From the IMG/VR virus record IMGVR_UViG_3300031951_000028: a stretch of DNA of 64,000 nucleotides; one strand, 5' to 3'. A model generated the notes under the pieces. That model was not told the DNA's origin and ran no database searches. It saw nothing but the letters and a program-made list of their open reading frames with translations. This document shows positions 1-9,210 of the stretch, one piece after another. The position numbers were made by a program, and so were the translations under genes. This DNA comes from a virus. Position 1 is the stretch's first letter. Every line of letters begins with the position of its first letter.

Positions 1-23
1 GGAAGGAAAGCTCAGGTCTCAGA

Positions 24-1043
24 ATGTTAAAAAATAAAGATTATATACCAAACATTATTGAGTTTTTTGGGCTAGATTTAAGATTATATGGAAATAAAAT
101 GATAGGGTGTTGTCCAGTCCATAAAGGTGACAATAAAACAGCTTTTAATTTATGGCCGCGTTCTGGATTTTGGGTTTGTAGATCTCATAATTGCCATGAA
201 GTTTTTGATAAAACTTTTGATGGCTTTTTAAAAGGGTTGTATGCAGCGAACTATAAAAATTGGGATGGAGGGGCAAGTATAGATATTTCTGATAAAGAAA
301 TAGATACTTTTTATAATCAAATTATTAAAGGAAATGCTCCAACACCAATATCTATACAACCAACTATTATCAAAAAAACAAAACAATTCAAACCATTAAC
401 AGTAGATTATTTTTTACGCAATCTTATATATCCATGCCCTTTCTTTTCTAAAAAATTCTCTGAAAAAATTATAAGAGATTTTAAAATTGGATATTGTAAT
501 AATCCCAGATACCCAATGTTTGGGAGGAGCGTGGTCCCGATTATTGAAATGAATAAAGTAATCGGATATCAGGGGCGTTCTGTATTTGAACAGTGTAAAA
601 AATGTTCTGGCTATCATCACCCAAATTCGATGTGCGGAGAATTTTTTGAAGGAAAATGGAAATTTAATCCAGGTTTTCATTCAAATAATCATCTTTTTAA
701 CTATACTAATGTAGCGGTCGTCCAACCTAAAACGATCTTTCTTACCGAAAGCGTTGGTAATGTTTTTAGATTAATAGAATTTGGCATACCAAATGCGCTT
801 GCAACTTTTGGGGCAAGATTCTCTCCTTACCAAGAAGATAAGGTTAGAATATTACAACCAGAACGTATAGTTTATATAAAAGATAAAGGTCCTGCTGGTG
901 ATAAAATCAGCGATTTAATTAAAAAAATAACATGGGCAGAAGTAATTATCCCAGAATTAGAATATGAAGATGATGTAGCGGCAGTGACAAAAGAATATTT
1001 TCAGGATAAGTTGTTAAAAGATTTGATGGAATTAAATATATAA
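24..1043 (+). CDS. DNA primase-like protein (CHC2 zinc finger + TOPRIM)
   Basis: N-terminal CPVH...CRSHNC zinc finger; GRSVVPI...IGYQGR and LFNY segments typical of DnaG; TOPRIM-like IFLTESVGN and ALATFG. Confidence 0.85.
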   Translation: MLKNKDYIPNIIEFFGLDLRLYGNKMIGCCPVHKGDNKTAFNLWPRSGFWVCRSHNCHEVFDKTFDGFLKGLYAANYKNWDGGASIDISDKEIDTFYNQIIKGNAPTPISIQPTIIKKTKQFKPLTVDYFLRNLIYPCPFFSKKFSEKIIRDFKIGYCNNPRYPMFGRSVVPIIEMNKVIGYQGRSVFEQCKKCSGYHHPNSMCGEFFEGKWKFNPGFHSNNHLFNYTNVAVVQPKTIFLTESVGNVFRLIEFGIPNALATFGARFSPYQEDKVRILQPERIVYIKDKGPAGDKISDLIKKITWAEVIIPELEYEDDVAAVTKEYFQDKLLKDLMELNI

Positions 1044-1044
1044 T

Positions 1045-1794
1045 ATGATTATAGCATTCTCTGGAAGAAAAACCGCAGGAAAAAATACATGCGGTAATTA
1101 TGTTCTAGGCACTATTTTATGGATGTCTGGAGTAGTAAAAAATACTTATAAGATAAGTGATAAAGGTGATTTATTAATATCTGATATTTTTGGCGACACG
1201 TCAAAAAATGGAGTATTTGATTTAAAATTAGAATCCCCGTCTTTCCAAGATTTTTTAAATAAGGAAGTCTATCCAATAGTTAAAGTATATAGCTTTGCTG
1301 ATCCATTAAAGGAGATGTGTAGAGATATATTTGGATTAGACCCTCATTTATTGTGGGGCAGTAATGAACAAAAAAATACCTCAACTAATTTAAAATGGGA
1401 AGACGTGCCAACTAAAACTTCTAAAAAAGGCTATATGTCTGTTAGAGAAGTATTAGAATACGTTGGTACTGATTTATTTAGAACAATGTATCAAAACGTG
1501 TGGTGCGATGCTTTAATAAGAAAAATTAAAAATGACAATAGTATGTTCGCAATTATTACTGATGCGCGTTTTGAAAATGAATTTGAGGCCATCCAAAATA
1601 ATGGTGGAAAAGTAATAAAATTGACCAGAGGAATAGCTGGTGAGAAAAACGATGTAGATAAATATGAAAATTATGACTATATAATCGATAATAAAAATTT
1701 AACAATACCACAACAAAATTTAGAAATAGATAAGATTCTTCAAGAAATTAGATTGCATAACTTATTTGGAATAAAGCAAAATGTATATAACTAG
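1045..1794 (+). CDS. deoxynucleoside monophosphate kinase
   Basis: P-loop GRKTAGKNT, SFADPLKE, REVLEYVGTD and IITDARFENE motifs of phage dNMP kinases. Confidence 0.9.
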   Translation: MIIAFSGRKTAGKNTCGNYVLGTILWMSGVVKNTYKISDKGDLLISDIFGDTSKNGVFDLKLESPSFQDFLNKEVYPIVKVYSFADPLKEMCRDIFGLDPHLLWGSNEQKNTSTNLKWEDVPTKTSKKGYMSVREVLEYVGTDLFRTMYQNVWCDALIRKIKNDNSMFAIITDARFENEFEAIQNNGGKVIKLTRGIAGEKNDVDKYENYDYIIDNKNLTIPQQNLEIDKILQEIRLHNLFGIKQNVYN

Positions 1795-3697
1795 TATGTC
1801 TCCCTCTTCTTATAATGTTGTTGATGAGTGCCAAATGAAGTATTTCATTGGTAATATTTTAAGAATTAGAGAGCCTGAAAAAATTGCTGCTGAAAAAGGC
1901 ACCTTCATCCATGAGTATTTAGAAATACTAGCGCTGTATAAGAAAGCTCATCAAGAAGGTTTACAGACAGTTAGTAACGGCTATCATGAAGTAGAAGTTG
2001 TCCCACCAGATGAAATCGATACTCAAGCTTTGTTTGATATGTTAAAAGCAAACTTTAAGTATAAAAATACTTTTTCTGATAAAGATTATAAAGAATGCAG
2101 GGCTTCAATAGATACTGTTTTAGCTTCTTCAGAAGACCCTAGAAAATTAGAAATAGTAGAAACAGAGCATAAATTCTCTCTAGAAATAGATGAGCCTTGG
2201 GCTAACTATTATCATGAAACAGATAAGGGTATAGAAAAAGGTAAATATAAAATTAATGGTATCATTGACTTAATTACTAAAGTTGATGATGATACATATA
2301 AATTTATAGACTGGAAGCACTTACCTATAAATACCAAGATTCCAACTATAGATGGTTGGACTACTATGGGAAAAGTAAAAGTTGGCGACACTTTATTTGA
2401 TAAAGACGGCAATCCAACAAAAGTCTTAGGTAAATCAAAAACAAAAGTAAAACCATGTCTAAAGATTAAGTTCGATGATAAAACTGAAGTAATATGTTCT
2501 GAAGAACATTTATGGACTCTTGCTGATGGTTCTGTAAAAATGGCTTGCGAATTAAATTATAGAGATGAGATTCCAGTAGCTAAACCTTTACAGTTAAAAG
2601 ATATAGAATTGCCTATAGACCCATATTTACTTGGTGCTTGGCTTGGAGATGGTAGAAACAGGTCTTGCGAACTCACCAGCGGGGATTTGCAAGTTTTTAC
2701 TAAATTAAGACATAAAGAATTTAAATTAGGTAAAAATTTAGAAAAAAGAACTGATACTTATGAAACTAGAACCGTTTTAAATCAGACAGATAAGTTTAGA
2801 AAACTTGGGCTGCTAAATAATAAACACATTCCTAAAATTTATTTTCGCGCATCTGTTAAGCAAAGACTTGAGTTGCTTCAAGGTTTGATGGATACAGATG
2901 GTAATATAAATAGAGGTAGAAAACAAGCTGTTTTTACTAACTGTAGGAAAAGACTTTCTAGTGATGTAAAGGCATTATTATTAACTTTGGGCCAGCGCCC
3001 TAATATGTCTAAAATTCATAGAGATACTATCTTTAAAAAAGATATAACTGTATATCCTATAGCTTTTAGACCAATAGGTATTAATCCTTTTTCTCTTAAA
3101 AGGAAAAGTCCTGACCCTTCTTGGGGTTCTGGCAATTCTTCTGTGCGTAGAATAGTATCTATTACTAAACTTCGTAAGAATAGAGAAGTCTGTTGTATTT
3201 TAGTTGATAGTCCAAGTAATACATTCTTATGCACTAAGAATATGATACCTACACACAATTCTGGCAGTAGAAAAGATTGGATTACTGGCGAGATTAAAGA
3301 TTATGATAAATTATATAATGATATTCAGTTAAATATTTATCATTATTGTTTGCGTAGATTATATCCACAGACAAAGAATTTTATTGTTACAATTTTCTAT
3401 ACTAAAGATGGTGGGCCGTTTGATTTAGTTTTTGAAGAGAAAAATGCTCAAGAAACTTTAGAGCGTTTGAAAAAGCAATTTAGAAAAATATCAGAAATAG
3501 AAATTCCAAAATTAAGTAGGACTTGGAAATGTAAAAATTTCTGTTATTATAGCAAACTCAAGTTAGATAATGCTCCAAACGAGTTTAGAAAAAATCAATT
3601 AGATGAAATGGGCGCCCCTATGTGCGCGTGCAGTCATTTACATGAATTAGTTAAGTTAAATGGTACTTCACAAATTATAAAGGATTTTAAAAAGTAA
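1781..3697 (+). CDS. RecB/Cas4-like PD-(D/E)XK exonuclease interrupted by an intein
   Basis: SPSS..C, GTFIHEYLE, GIIDL..DWK|SG, QLNIY and C-terminal Cys cluster; about 324 aa after intein removal. Confidence 0.85.
   Translation: MYITSMSPSSYNVVDECQMKYFIGNILRIREPEKIAAEKGTFIHEYLEILALYKKAHQEGLQTVSNGYHEVEVVPPDEIDTQALFDMLKANFKYKNTFSDKDYKECRASIDTVLASSEDPRKLEIVETEHKFSLEIDEPWANYYHETDKGIEKGKYKINGIIDLITKVDDDTYKFIDWKHLPINTKIPTIDGWTTMGKVKVGDTLFDKDGNPTKVLGKSKTKVKPCLKIKFDDKTEVICSEEHLWTLADGSVKMACELNYRDEIPVAKPLQLKDIELPIDPYLLGAWLGDGRNRSCELTSGDLQVFTKLRHKEFKLGKNLEKRTDTYETRTVLNQTDKFRKLGLLNNKHIPKIYFRASVKQRLELLQGLMDTDGNINRGRKQAVFTNCRKRLSSDVKALLLTLGQRPNMSKIHRDTIFKKDITVYPIAFRPIGINPFSLKRKSPDPSWGSGNSSVRRIVSITKLRKNREVCCILVDSPSNTFLCTKNMIPTHNSGSRKDWITGEIKDYDKLYNDIQLNIYHYCLRRLYPQTKNFIVTIFYTKDGGPFDLVFEEKNAQETLERLKKQFRKISEIEIPKLSRTWKCKNFCYYSKLKLDNAPNEFRKNQLDEMGAPMCACSHLHELVKLNGTSQIIKDFKK
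2318..3259 (+). mobile_element. class 3 intein (314 aa) with LAGLIDADG homing endonuclease
   Basis: Starts HLPINTKIPTIDGWTTMG; block B EEHLW; LAGLIDADG blocks PYLLGAWLGDG and LLQGLMDTDG; block F VCCILVD; ends THN followed by Ser+1. Confidence 0.9.
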
Positions 3698-3975
3698 TGG
3701 TTAGAATAACAATATTAGGAGTAGTTAGTTCTGTAAATTTAAGAACGGTTGGAGCAAAGCAGTTAAAATTACTTGAGGGGGTAGTATCTTCGCAAGATAA
3801 GACTATGATTGAATTTGCATTTCAAACATGGGGTAAACAAGCGGAAGCGATTTTTGAAAATATCAAAGACGGCGACCAAGTATTAATAGATGGTAAAATT
3901 GCTATCGATACTTTTGGTAAGGACAACAAGATGTATATAGATGTTTCAGATTTAAGAAAGTGTACGTACAAATAA
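3697..3975 (+). CDS. short OB-fold single-stranded DNA-binding protein
   Basis: ITILGVV...WGKQAE...IKDGDQVLIDGKI pattern of bacterial-type SSB; no acidic tail. Confidence 0.7.
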   Translation: MVRITILGVVSSVNLRTVGAKQLKLLEGVVSSQDKTMIEFAFQTWGKQAEAIFENIKDGDQVLIDGKIAIDTFGKDNKMYIDVSDLRKCTYK

Positions 3976-4643
3976 TGTTTAACACAATTAGTTATTACTA
4001 TGGTTATTTAAAGTCTGTATTAGGTTTTAATAAGATTAATCCAGATAATGTAAAAGTATTTTTAGATGAGTCTCCTGATGATGAGCCGCCAACTTCTGAA
4101 AAAATGAATTATAGTGAATATGAGGTTATGACAAATACTCAGCCTTATGCTGAAGATTTAGGAGTAGAGGCGCCTAATGAAACTTTTATGGCGGCCAAGA
4201 ATTATACTTATATGTATTATTCTTACAAAAACTATAACAGTAGTTTTGCTGTGAGAGGTTTCTCAAGAGATAAGACAAATCTAATGATACAAAATGCATT
4301 AAATGAAATGTCTAAAGTTAGTGGTTTAAAGATTGTGCCTTGGAAAAAAGGTAAGCCAGTGCATTTTAGTATTCAATTTTCATCTAAAGTATCGCAAAAT
4401 GCTTTAGCTGTTATGGATAAAAATAATATGATTATTTCAACGGTGAGACCAATGACAGAAGCAGTTGTAAAAACTGTAATTCAACATGAGACTTTACATT
4501 ATTTAAAGTATAAAGCTAATCCTCCAGCAGATAAGTGGTATCATTCGCAGGATAAAAAGTGTGTTTATAATATTAATGGCAATGCGCTTTCGTTATGTGC
4601 AGCAGAGCAGAATTGGTTGAGGAGTAAATATGGACAAGCGTAA
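3975..4643 (+). CDS. zincin/matrixin-like metallopeptidase
   Basis: HETLH (HExxH) motif; ALNEMSKVSGL resembles the matrixin helix; likely ATG at 3975 overlapping upstream TAA (TAATG). Confidence 0.6.
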   Translation: MFNTISYYYGYLKSVLGFNKINPDNVKVFLDESPDDEPPTSEKMNYSEYEVMTNTQPYAEDLGVEAPNETFMAAKNYTYMYYSYKNYNSSFAVRGFSRDKTNLMIQNALNEMSKVSGLKIVPWKKGKPVHFSIQFSSKVSQNALAVMDKNNMIISTVRPMTEAVVKTVIQHETLHYLKYKANPPADKWYHSQDKKCVYNINGNALSLCAAEQNWLRSKYGQA

Positions 4644-4875
4644 GAAAATGAGTATGGTAACAAGAAAAGAAGAATTTTGGACAAGAAAAGATAAGCAAAA
4701 AGTAACTGTAGAAAGCATGAATGAATATCATGCAAAGAACGCTCTCAGAAAAATGCTGCGCGAAAATCGAACGCTGCGGTCTAAACTAAAGCAAACACAA
4801 AAGAATAATAAAGAAATAATTTCTTTTATCAGAGATATTGGAAAAGAATTTACTAGGATTATAAATAATGGATAA
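4630..4875 (+). CDS. hypothetical phage protein
   Basis: Coupled ORF; WTRKD..MNEYHAKNALR resembles small phage hypotheticals. Confidence 0.6.
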   Translation: MDKRKKMSMVTRKEEFWTRKDKQKVTVESMNEYHAKNALRKMLRENRTLRSKLKQTQKNNKEIISFIRDIGKEFTRIINNG

Positions 4876-5158
4876 TAATTTTATGATGCAAGTGCATTAT
4901 TCTGTTGGTACAGGCGCAGGCCAAATAATAGATGAAAACGATATAGAAAAACCTATTGTAATGATGTATTTTGCAAAAAATAAAGAAATTCTAGAGCAGA
5001 TTGAAAATGAAACAGCTGAATACGATCCAACAGACACTAATAATTGGCTTGGTATAGCGCTAACTATTGATGGCGCTAGACATTTGATAGAAGATTTGCA
5101 AGAAATGATAGATGAGGCTATACAAGGTCCTCCTTTAGATAACGAAAATGAATATTAA
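4868..5158 (+). CDS. hypothetical acidic protein
   Basis: ORF overlapping neighbours in operon. Confidence 0.6.
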   Translation: MDNNFMMQVHYSVGTGAGQIIDENDIEKPIVMMYFAKNKEILEQIENETAEYDPTDTNNWLGIALTIDGARHLIEDLQEMIDEAIQGPPLDNENEY

Positions 5159-5528
5159 AAATTTAATTGGCGAAACTCTTGAGTATATTGATATAGACGA
5201 AGATAATAATCAAATTTTACTAACTACTAAAAGTGGTAAAAGAATTATGATTTATCATGGTCAAGATTGTTGTGAAAACGTTCGTATTGTTGATACAATC
5301 GGTAATTGGAATAATCTTATAGGTAAAGTAATCATTGATACTGATGAAGAAATTATTAGCTCTTCTGATAAAGATGGTTATGATTATAGAACTGAAATTA
5401 ATTTAACTTTTAAAGTAGATAGTGATACAGTTATTAGTAAATGGATAGGTGAGTCAAATGGCTACTACAGTGAAAACGTAGATATACAAGAGTTTTCAGT
5501 TTATGAATTATTAAAATATTTTGGATAA
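5148..5528 (+). CDS. hypothetical phage protein
   Basis: YHGQDCCE and WIGESNGYYSE motifs resemble a common phage hypothetical family. Confidence 0.7.
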   Translation: MNIKNLIGETLEYIDIDEDNNQILLTTKSGKRIMIYHGQDCCENVRIVDTIGNWNNLIGKVIIDTDEEIISSSDKDGYDYRTEINLTFKVDSDTVISKWIGESNGYYSENVDIQEFSVYELLKYFG

Positions 5529-5826
5529 GGGAAAAATGGTTAATTATTTTGTAGGACTGCTTATTTATATAAGCCAAGGTTTTTTAGTTATATTGACTGG
5601 TGAGCCAGATATTATGTTCTGCGCCATGGCTTGGCAAAAAAGAAATGAAAGTAAATTTTGGTCTACATCAAGATATATTGTAGACAATTATGTGTGGCCA
5701 TTAAGTGTTTGGCGTTATGAAGGTATGACGCATTGTGAAAGTTGTTTTTGGGCTGAGCAAAAAAGATTAACTGAGCGTATTGAAGAATATGCAAAGTATA
5801 TAGCAGAAGGTAAACATAAGGACTAA
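5521..5826 (+). CDS. hypothetical protein, possible N-terminal membrane segment
   Basis: Hydrophobic N-terminus; GEPD and HCESC motifs. Confidence 0.6.
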   Translation: MDKGKMVNYFVGLLIYISQGFLVILTGEPDIMFCAMAWQKRNESKFWSTSRYIVDNYVWPLSVWRYEGMTHCESCFWAEQKRLTERIEEYAKYIAEGKHKD

Positions 5827-5829
5827 AAC

Positions 5830-6021
5830 ATGAGAAAGTTAAAGAATTATATAGTTAATTTTACTTATTCAGATGGCCAAGTAAAAGAGGTCGCTATTAG
5901 CGCAATGAATAAGCAGACAGCAGAAAAAAAACTGCGCAAGCTGCATAGTGTAGCTGCTGTTAATAATATTGTAGAATCTACAGAAGAAAAAATAAATAAT
6001 AATGTTCCTTTTGATATATAA
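5830..6021 (+). CDS. hypothetical protein
   Basis: 63-aa ORF with AAGGA upstream, fills operon gap. Confidence 0.55.
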   Translation: MRKLKNYIVNFTYSDGQVKEVAISAMNKQTAEKKLRKLHSVAAVNNIVESTEEKINNNVPFDI

Positions 6022-6036
6022 TATAAAGGCTTCAAA

Positions 6037-6714
6037 TTGAAAAATTCAGTTGAATTATTAGGCTATTATGGTTCAGATGAAGTAATAGCTTGTAGCGCTT
6101 GGACTTCTACTAATCGTGAATTGACAGATGAAAAACGTGAGCGCATACCAAAGTTAATAAAAATGCTTTGGGAAAATGGCCATGAAACTCCTTTTGAAAA
6201 AGGCTCGGTCCATTTTCTAGTAAATTGTGATATAGCATCACATATTCATCTATTAAAACATAGAATTAGTAGCCTAAACGCTGAGTCTGCCCGATACAAA
6301 GAGTTAAAAGAAGATAAGTATTACTTGCCGGAAGATTGGAATAATATTAAAATATCACATTTAGATCTTGGCTCTCCATCAGACAGTTGGATAGATAGGT
6401 TAAAAGAATATACCGAAGAAGGAAATAGATTATATCATAAATGTCTTGAAGACCTAACGCCAGTTCTTGGTCGCAAGCGAGCAAAAGAATCGGCCCGTTT
6501 CTTCAAAACATACAACAGTCAGATTCAGGCCGATATAATGTTTAACATGCGCAGCTTTGCGAATTTCTTAAAATTAAGAAGATGCGAACACGCTCAGTTA
6601 GAGATTAAAATGATAGCCGATGAAATGTATAATATGGTTAAAAATATTGAAGGGCAGCCTTTTAAACATACTTTAGATGTTTGGGCTCAGACTGGGGTTA
6701 TTAAAAACATATAA
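6037..6714 (+). CDS. thyX: flavin-dependent thymidylate synthase
   Basis: GHETPFE, KHRISSLNAESARY (variant of RHRxxSxxxxSxR), KESAR, NMRSFANFLKLR, HAQLEI; TTG start. Confidence 0.92.
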   Translation: MKNSVELLGYYGSDEVIACSAWTSTNRELTDEKRERIPKLIKMLWENGHETPFEKGSVHFLVNCDIASHIHLLKHRISSLNAESARYKELKEDKYYLPEDWNNIKISHLDLGSPSDSWIDRLKEYTEEGNRLYHKCLEDLTPVLGRKRAKESARFFKTYNSQIQADIMFNMRSFANFLKLRRCEHAQLEIKMIADEMYNMVKNIEGQPFKHTLDVWAQTGVIKNI

Positions 6715-6716
6715 TA

Positions 6717-8321
6717 ATGAAATATATACCTTTAAATTGTAAAACACATTATTCTGTAAGACAAGCGATGTCTAAACCCACAGATATCAAAACTAGATTA
6801 AATAAAATAGGTCTAGATTTGTGCGGTATTGCTGATTATAGTATTGTTAGCGGGGCGGTTAAATTTAAGGATTCAATCCCTAATGGTATTATAGGTACGG
6901 AAATTTGTGATTTAGCTGGAAATAAGACTTTAATATATGCTAAAAACTATGATGGTTGGAAGCAGTTGTTAAAAATTACTTCTGTAGCTAACAGTAAAAG
7001 CGATACTTGTCTTGACAGATATTTATTAGATGCGCTGATTACAAATGATTTACTAGTTATATATCTTTATGAGGAAAATAATCCTAAGCATAATTCTTAT
7101 TATGGTGTTGATTTAAACGCTGATAATTATGTTGAAATTAGAAGAATGGCTGCGGCAAAAAATAAAAAAACTGTCGCAGTTCATTCTTCTTTTTTCTCTT
7201 CTCCTGAAGATATAGAAGATTTTACAATATTATTATCTATCGCTCATAATATCTCTTCTGAGTTAGTAAGATCTGAATTTGCTGAAATCTATAATAAAAA
7301 GTATCATATCTTGTCTTATGAAGAAGCGTTAGAATATGGATACTTGGAACAGGAGTTGCAAAATACTCTAGAACTTGAGTTTGAAGAATATAAACTTAAC
7401 CGCAATCCTATGCTCCCAAAATTTACTGATAAAGGCGATTCAAGCGCTTTATTAAAACAAATTTGTGAAGAGAATTTAGTTGGAAAAGATGAAAGATACA
7501 AAAAACAACTAGATTATGAATTAGATGTTATAAATCAATACGGTTTAGCAGACTATTTCCTTATAGTTCAAGATGTTATTAAGTACACTAATACTAAACA
7601 TGGTATGTGTGGCATTAGAGGTTCTGGTGCTGGTTCAGTCATTTCATTTTTGTCTGGTATTACAGAAGTAGACCCAATTAAATATGGGTTATATTTTGAA
7701 AGATTTATTAATCCAGGTAGAATGTCTACTACCCATATTCAGCTTCCAGATATTGATATAGATGTCCCGGCTGAAGGGAGAGAGGACGTGATCGAATATA
7801 TTAAAGAAAAATATGGTAGAGATCGCGTAGGTCAAATTTTGACATACCAAAGAATTAAAACTCACGCCGCGTTAAAGGCGGTGTTCAGGTCTAATAATAA
7901 ATTAAGTTTTGATGAAGTCAATCAAATAACCAAGTTAATCCCAGACGAAGCTAAAGTAGCTGATAAATTAAAAGAGCATAACTATTCTTCACTTCTTTTG
8001 TATGCAATAGAAAATTCTCCTGAAGAATTCAGACAATGGGTTTATATTAATGATAGAGATGAAATTGATGGAGAATTTAAAAATGAGTTTAATCAAGCCC
8101 TTAGACTTGAAGGATTAAATTCTGCAAGATCAAAACATGCTGCCGGTGTAATTATAGGACAGGTGCCATTAGATGAAGTTTGCCCAATGATTTGGGACAA
8201 CTCAAGCAAATCTTTGATTTGCGGTATGGAAATGGGCGACCTTGAATCTTTAGGATGTATGAAATTAGACATTTTAGGTTTAAGACTGTTCGATAAATTA
8301 ATTGAAATCTTTGGAGAATAA
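6717..8321 (+). CDS. dnaE: DNA polymerase III alpha, N-terminal part (degenerate PHP + palm/thumb)
   Basis: RGSGAGS, LYFERFINP, PDIDID, KHAAGVII, KLDILGL; stops shortly after the third catalytic Asp. Confidence 0.92.
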   Translation: MKYIPLNCKTHYSVRQAMSKPTDIKTRLNKIGLDLCGIADYSIVSGAVKFKDSIPNGIIGTEICDLAGNKTLIYAKNYDGWKQLLKITSVANSKSDTCLDRYLLDALITNDLLVIYLYEENNPKHNSYYGVDLNADNYVEIRRMAAAKNKKTVAVHSSFFSSPEDIEDFTILLSIAHNISSELVRSEFAEIYNKKYHILSYEEALEYGYLEQELQNTLELEFEEYKLNRNPMLPKFTDKGDSSALLKQICEENLVGKDERYKKQLDYELDVINQYGLADYFLIVQDVIKYTNTKHGMCGIRGSGAGSVISFLSGITEVDPIKYGLYFERFINPGRMSTTHIQLPDIDIDVPAEGREDVIEYIKEKYGRDRVGQILTYQRIKTHAALKAVFRSNNKLSFDEVNQITKLIPDEAKVADKLKEHNYSSLLLYAIENSPEEFRQWVYINDRDEIDGEFKNEFNQALRLEGLNSARSKHAAGVIIGQVPLDEVCPMIWDNSSKSLICGMEMGDLESLGCMKLDILGLRLFDKLIEIFGE

Positions 8322-8322
8322 T

Positions 8323-8511
8323 ATGGTCTTTAAAGAACTAGCAGTTGGTGATTTATTCACAACAAATAATAATCAAGATATAGTTTATAAAAAGATAGAG
8401 CCACAAAAAAGAAACCCAAGAGGGTGTGGTTGCGATAAGGTAAATGCTGAAAATACGGCCGATAATACAAGGTTGAAATTTTCAGATTTTATGACAGTGC
8501 AAAAGATATAG
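8323..8511 (+). CDS. small hypothetical protein inside the split dnaE locus
   Basis: ATG at 8323 preceded by GGAGA; FKELAVGDLF start and a CGC motif. Confidence 0.65.
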   Translation: MVFKELAVGDLFTTNNNQDIVYKKIEPQKRNPRGCGCDKVNAENTADNTRLKFSDFMTVQKI

Positions 8512-8518
8512 GATAATT

Positions 8519-9202
8519 ATGGATAGTACAATAATAGTATTTGATTTTGAAACAACTCATTTGGACGCTGGAACCGCCGCGTGTGATGCAATAGAGTTGG
8601 CGGCTTGCGCGATTCACTCTAAAACTTTAGAAATTGTGAAAGACAGCGAATTTTTTGTAAATATTAGGCCAGATAATATAGAAGACCCAGATTATTACAA
8701 GAATCATAAGTCTACTATAGACTGGCATGTTGGTTTACAAAAAGGTAATACTGTAGATAGACTGATTGAAAAGTGGAAGGCTGGTACTCCTGAGAAACAA
8801 GCGTGGAAAATGTTCCATGATTATGTTAACCAGTATAATCACACTAAAACTTGGCGAACAGCGCCAATCGCAGCTGGTACAAATATTTCTGATTTCGATT
8901 TAAAGATTTATGATTATTTAAATCAAAAACATAAGATGAAACCTTGTTTTCATAAGAGGGATAAGATAGATATTAAAGATTTATGTTTTTATTGGTTCGC
9001 GTTTAATCCAGACCCACCAAAATCTTTTAAAATGGATGATTTAAGACCTTATTTTGCTCTTGGTACAGAAAAAGCTCATAATGCATTGTTTGACGTACAA
9101 CAAGAAGCAACTATTATATCTAATTTCTTAAAAGTGTTTAAGAAGTATGGTAAGCAAGTAACATTAAGAGGAATGTGCGGAAAAACTGCAAGCGCTTATT
9201 AA
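8519..9202 (+). CDS. DEDDh 3'-5' exonuclease (DnaQ/epsilon-like)
   Basis: ExoI VFDFETT, ExoII NISDFD, ExoIII HNALFD. Confidence 0.9.
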   Translation: MDSTIIVFDFETTHLDAGTAACDAIELAACAIHSKTLEIVKDSEFFVNIRPDNIEDPDYYKNHKSTIDWHVGLQKGNTVDRLIEKWKAGTPEKQAWKMFHDYVNQYNHTKTWRTAPIAAGTNISDFDLKIYDYLNQKHKMKPCFHKRDKIDIKDLCFYWFAFNPDPPKSFKMDDLRPYFALGTEKAHNALFDVQQEATIISNFLKVFKKYGKQVTLRGMCGKTASAY

Positions 9203-9210
9203 TAAATATT

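Noticed and set aside
1781-3697. Cas4-like nuclease as sign of a CRISPR-Cas system
   Set aside because: No repeat-spacer array or other cas genes; the context is phage replication and recombination
9175-9210. -1 frameshift fusing the exonuclease to DnaE-C
   Set aside because: The frames overlap briefly, but C GGA AAA ACT is not a canonical slippery heptamer and an ATG at 9211 suffices
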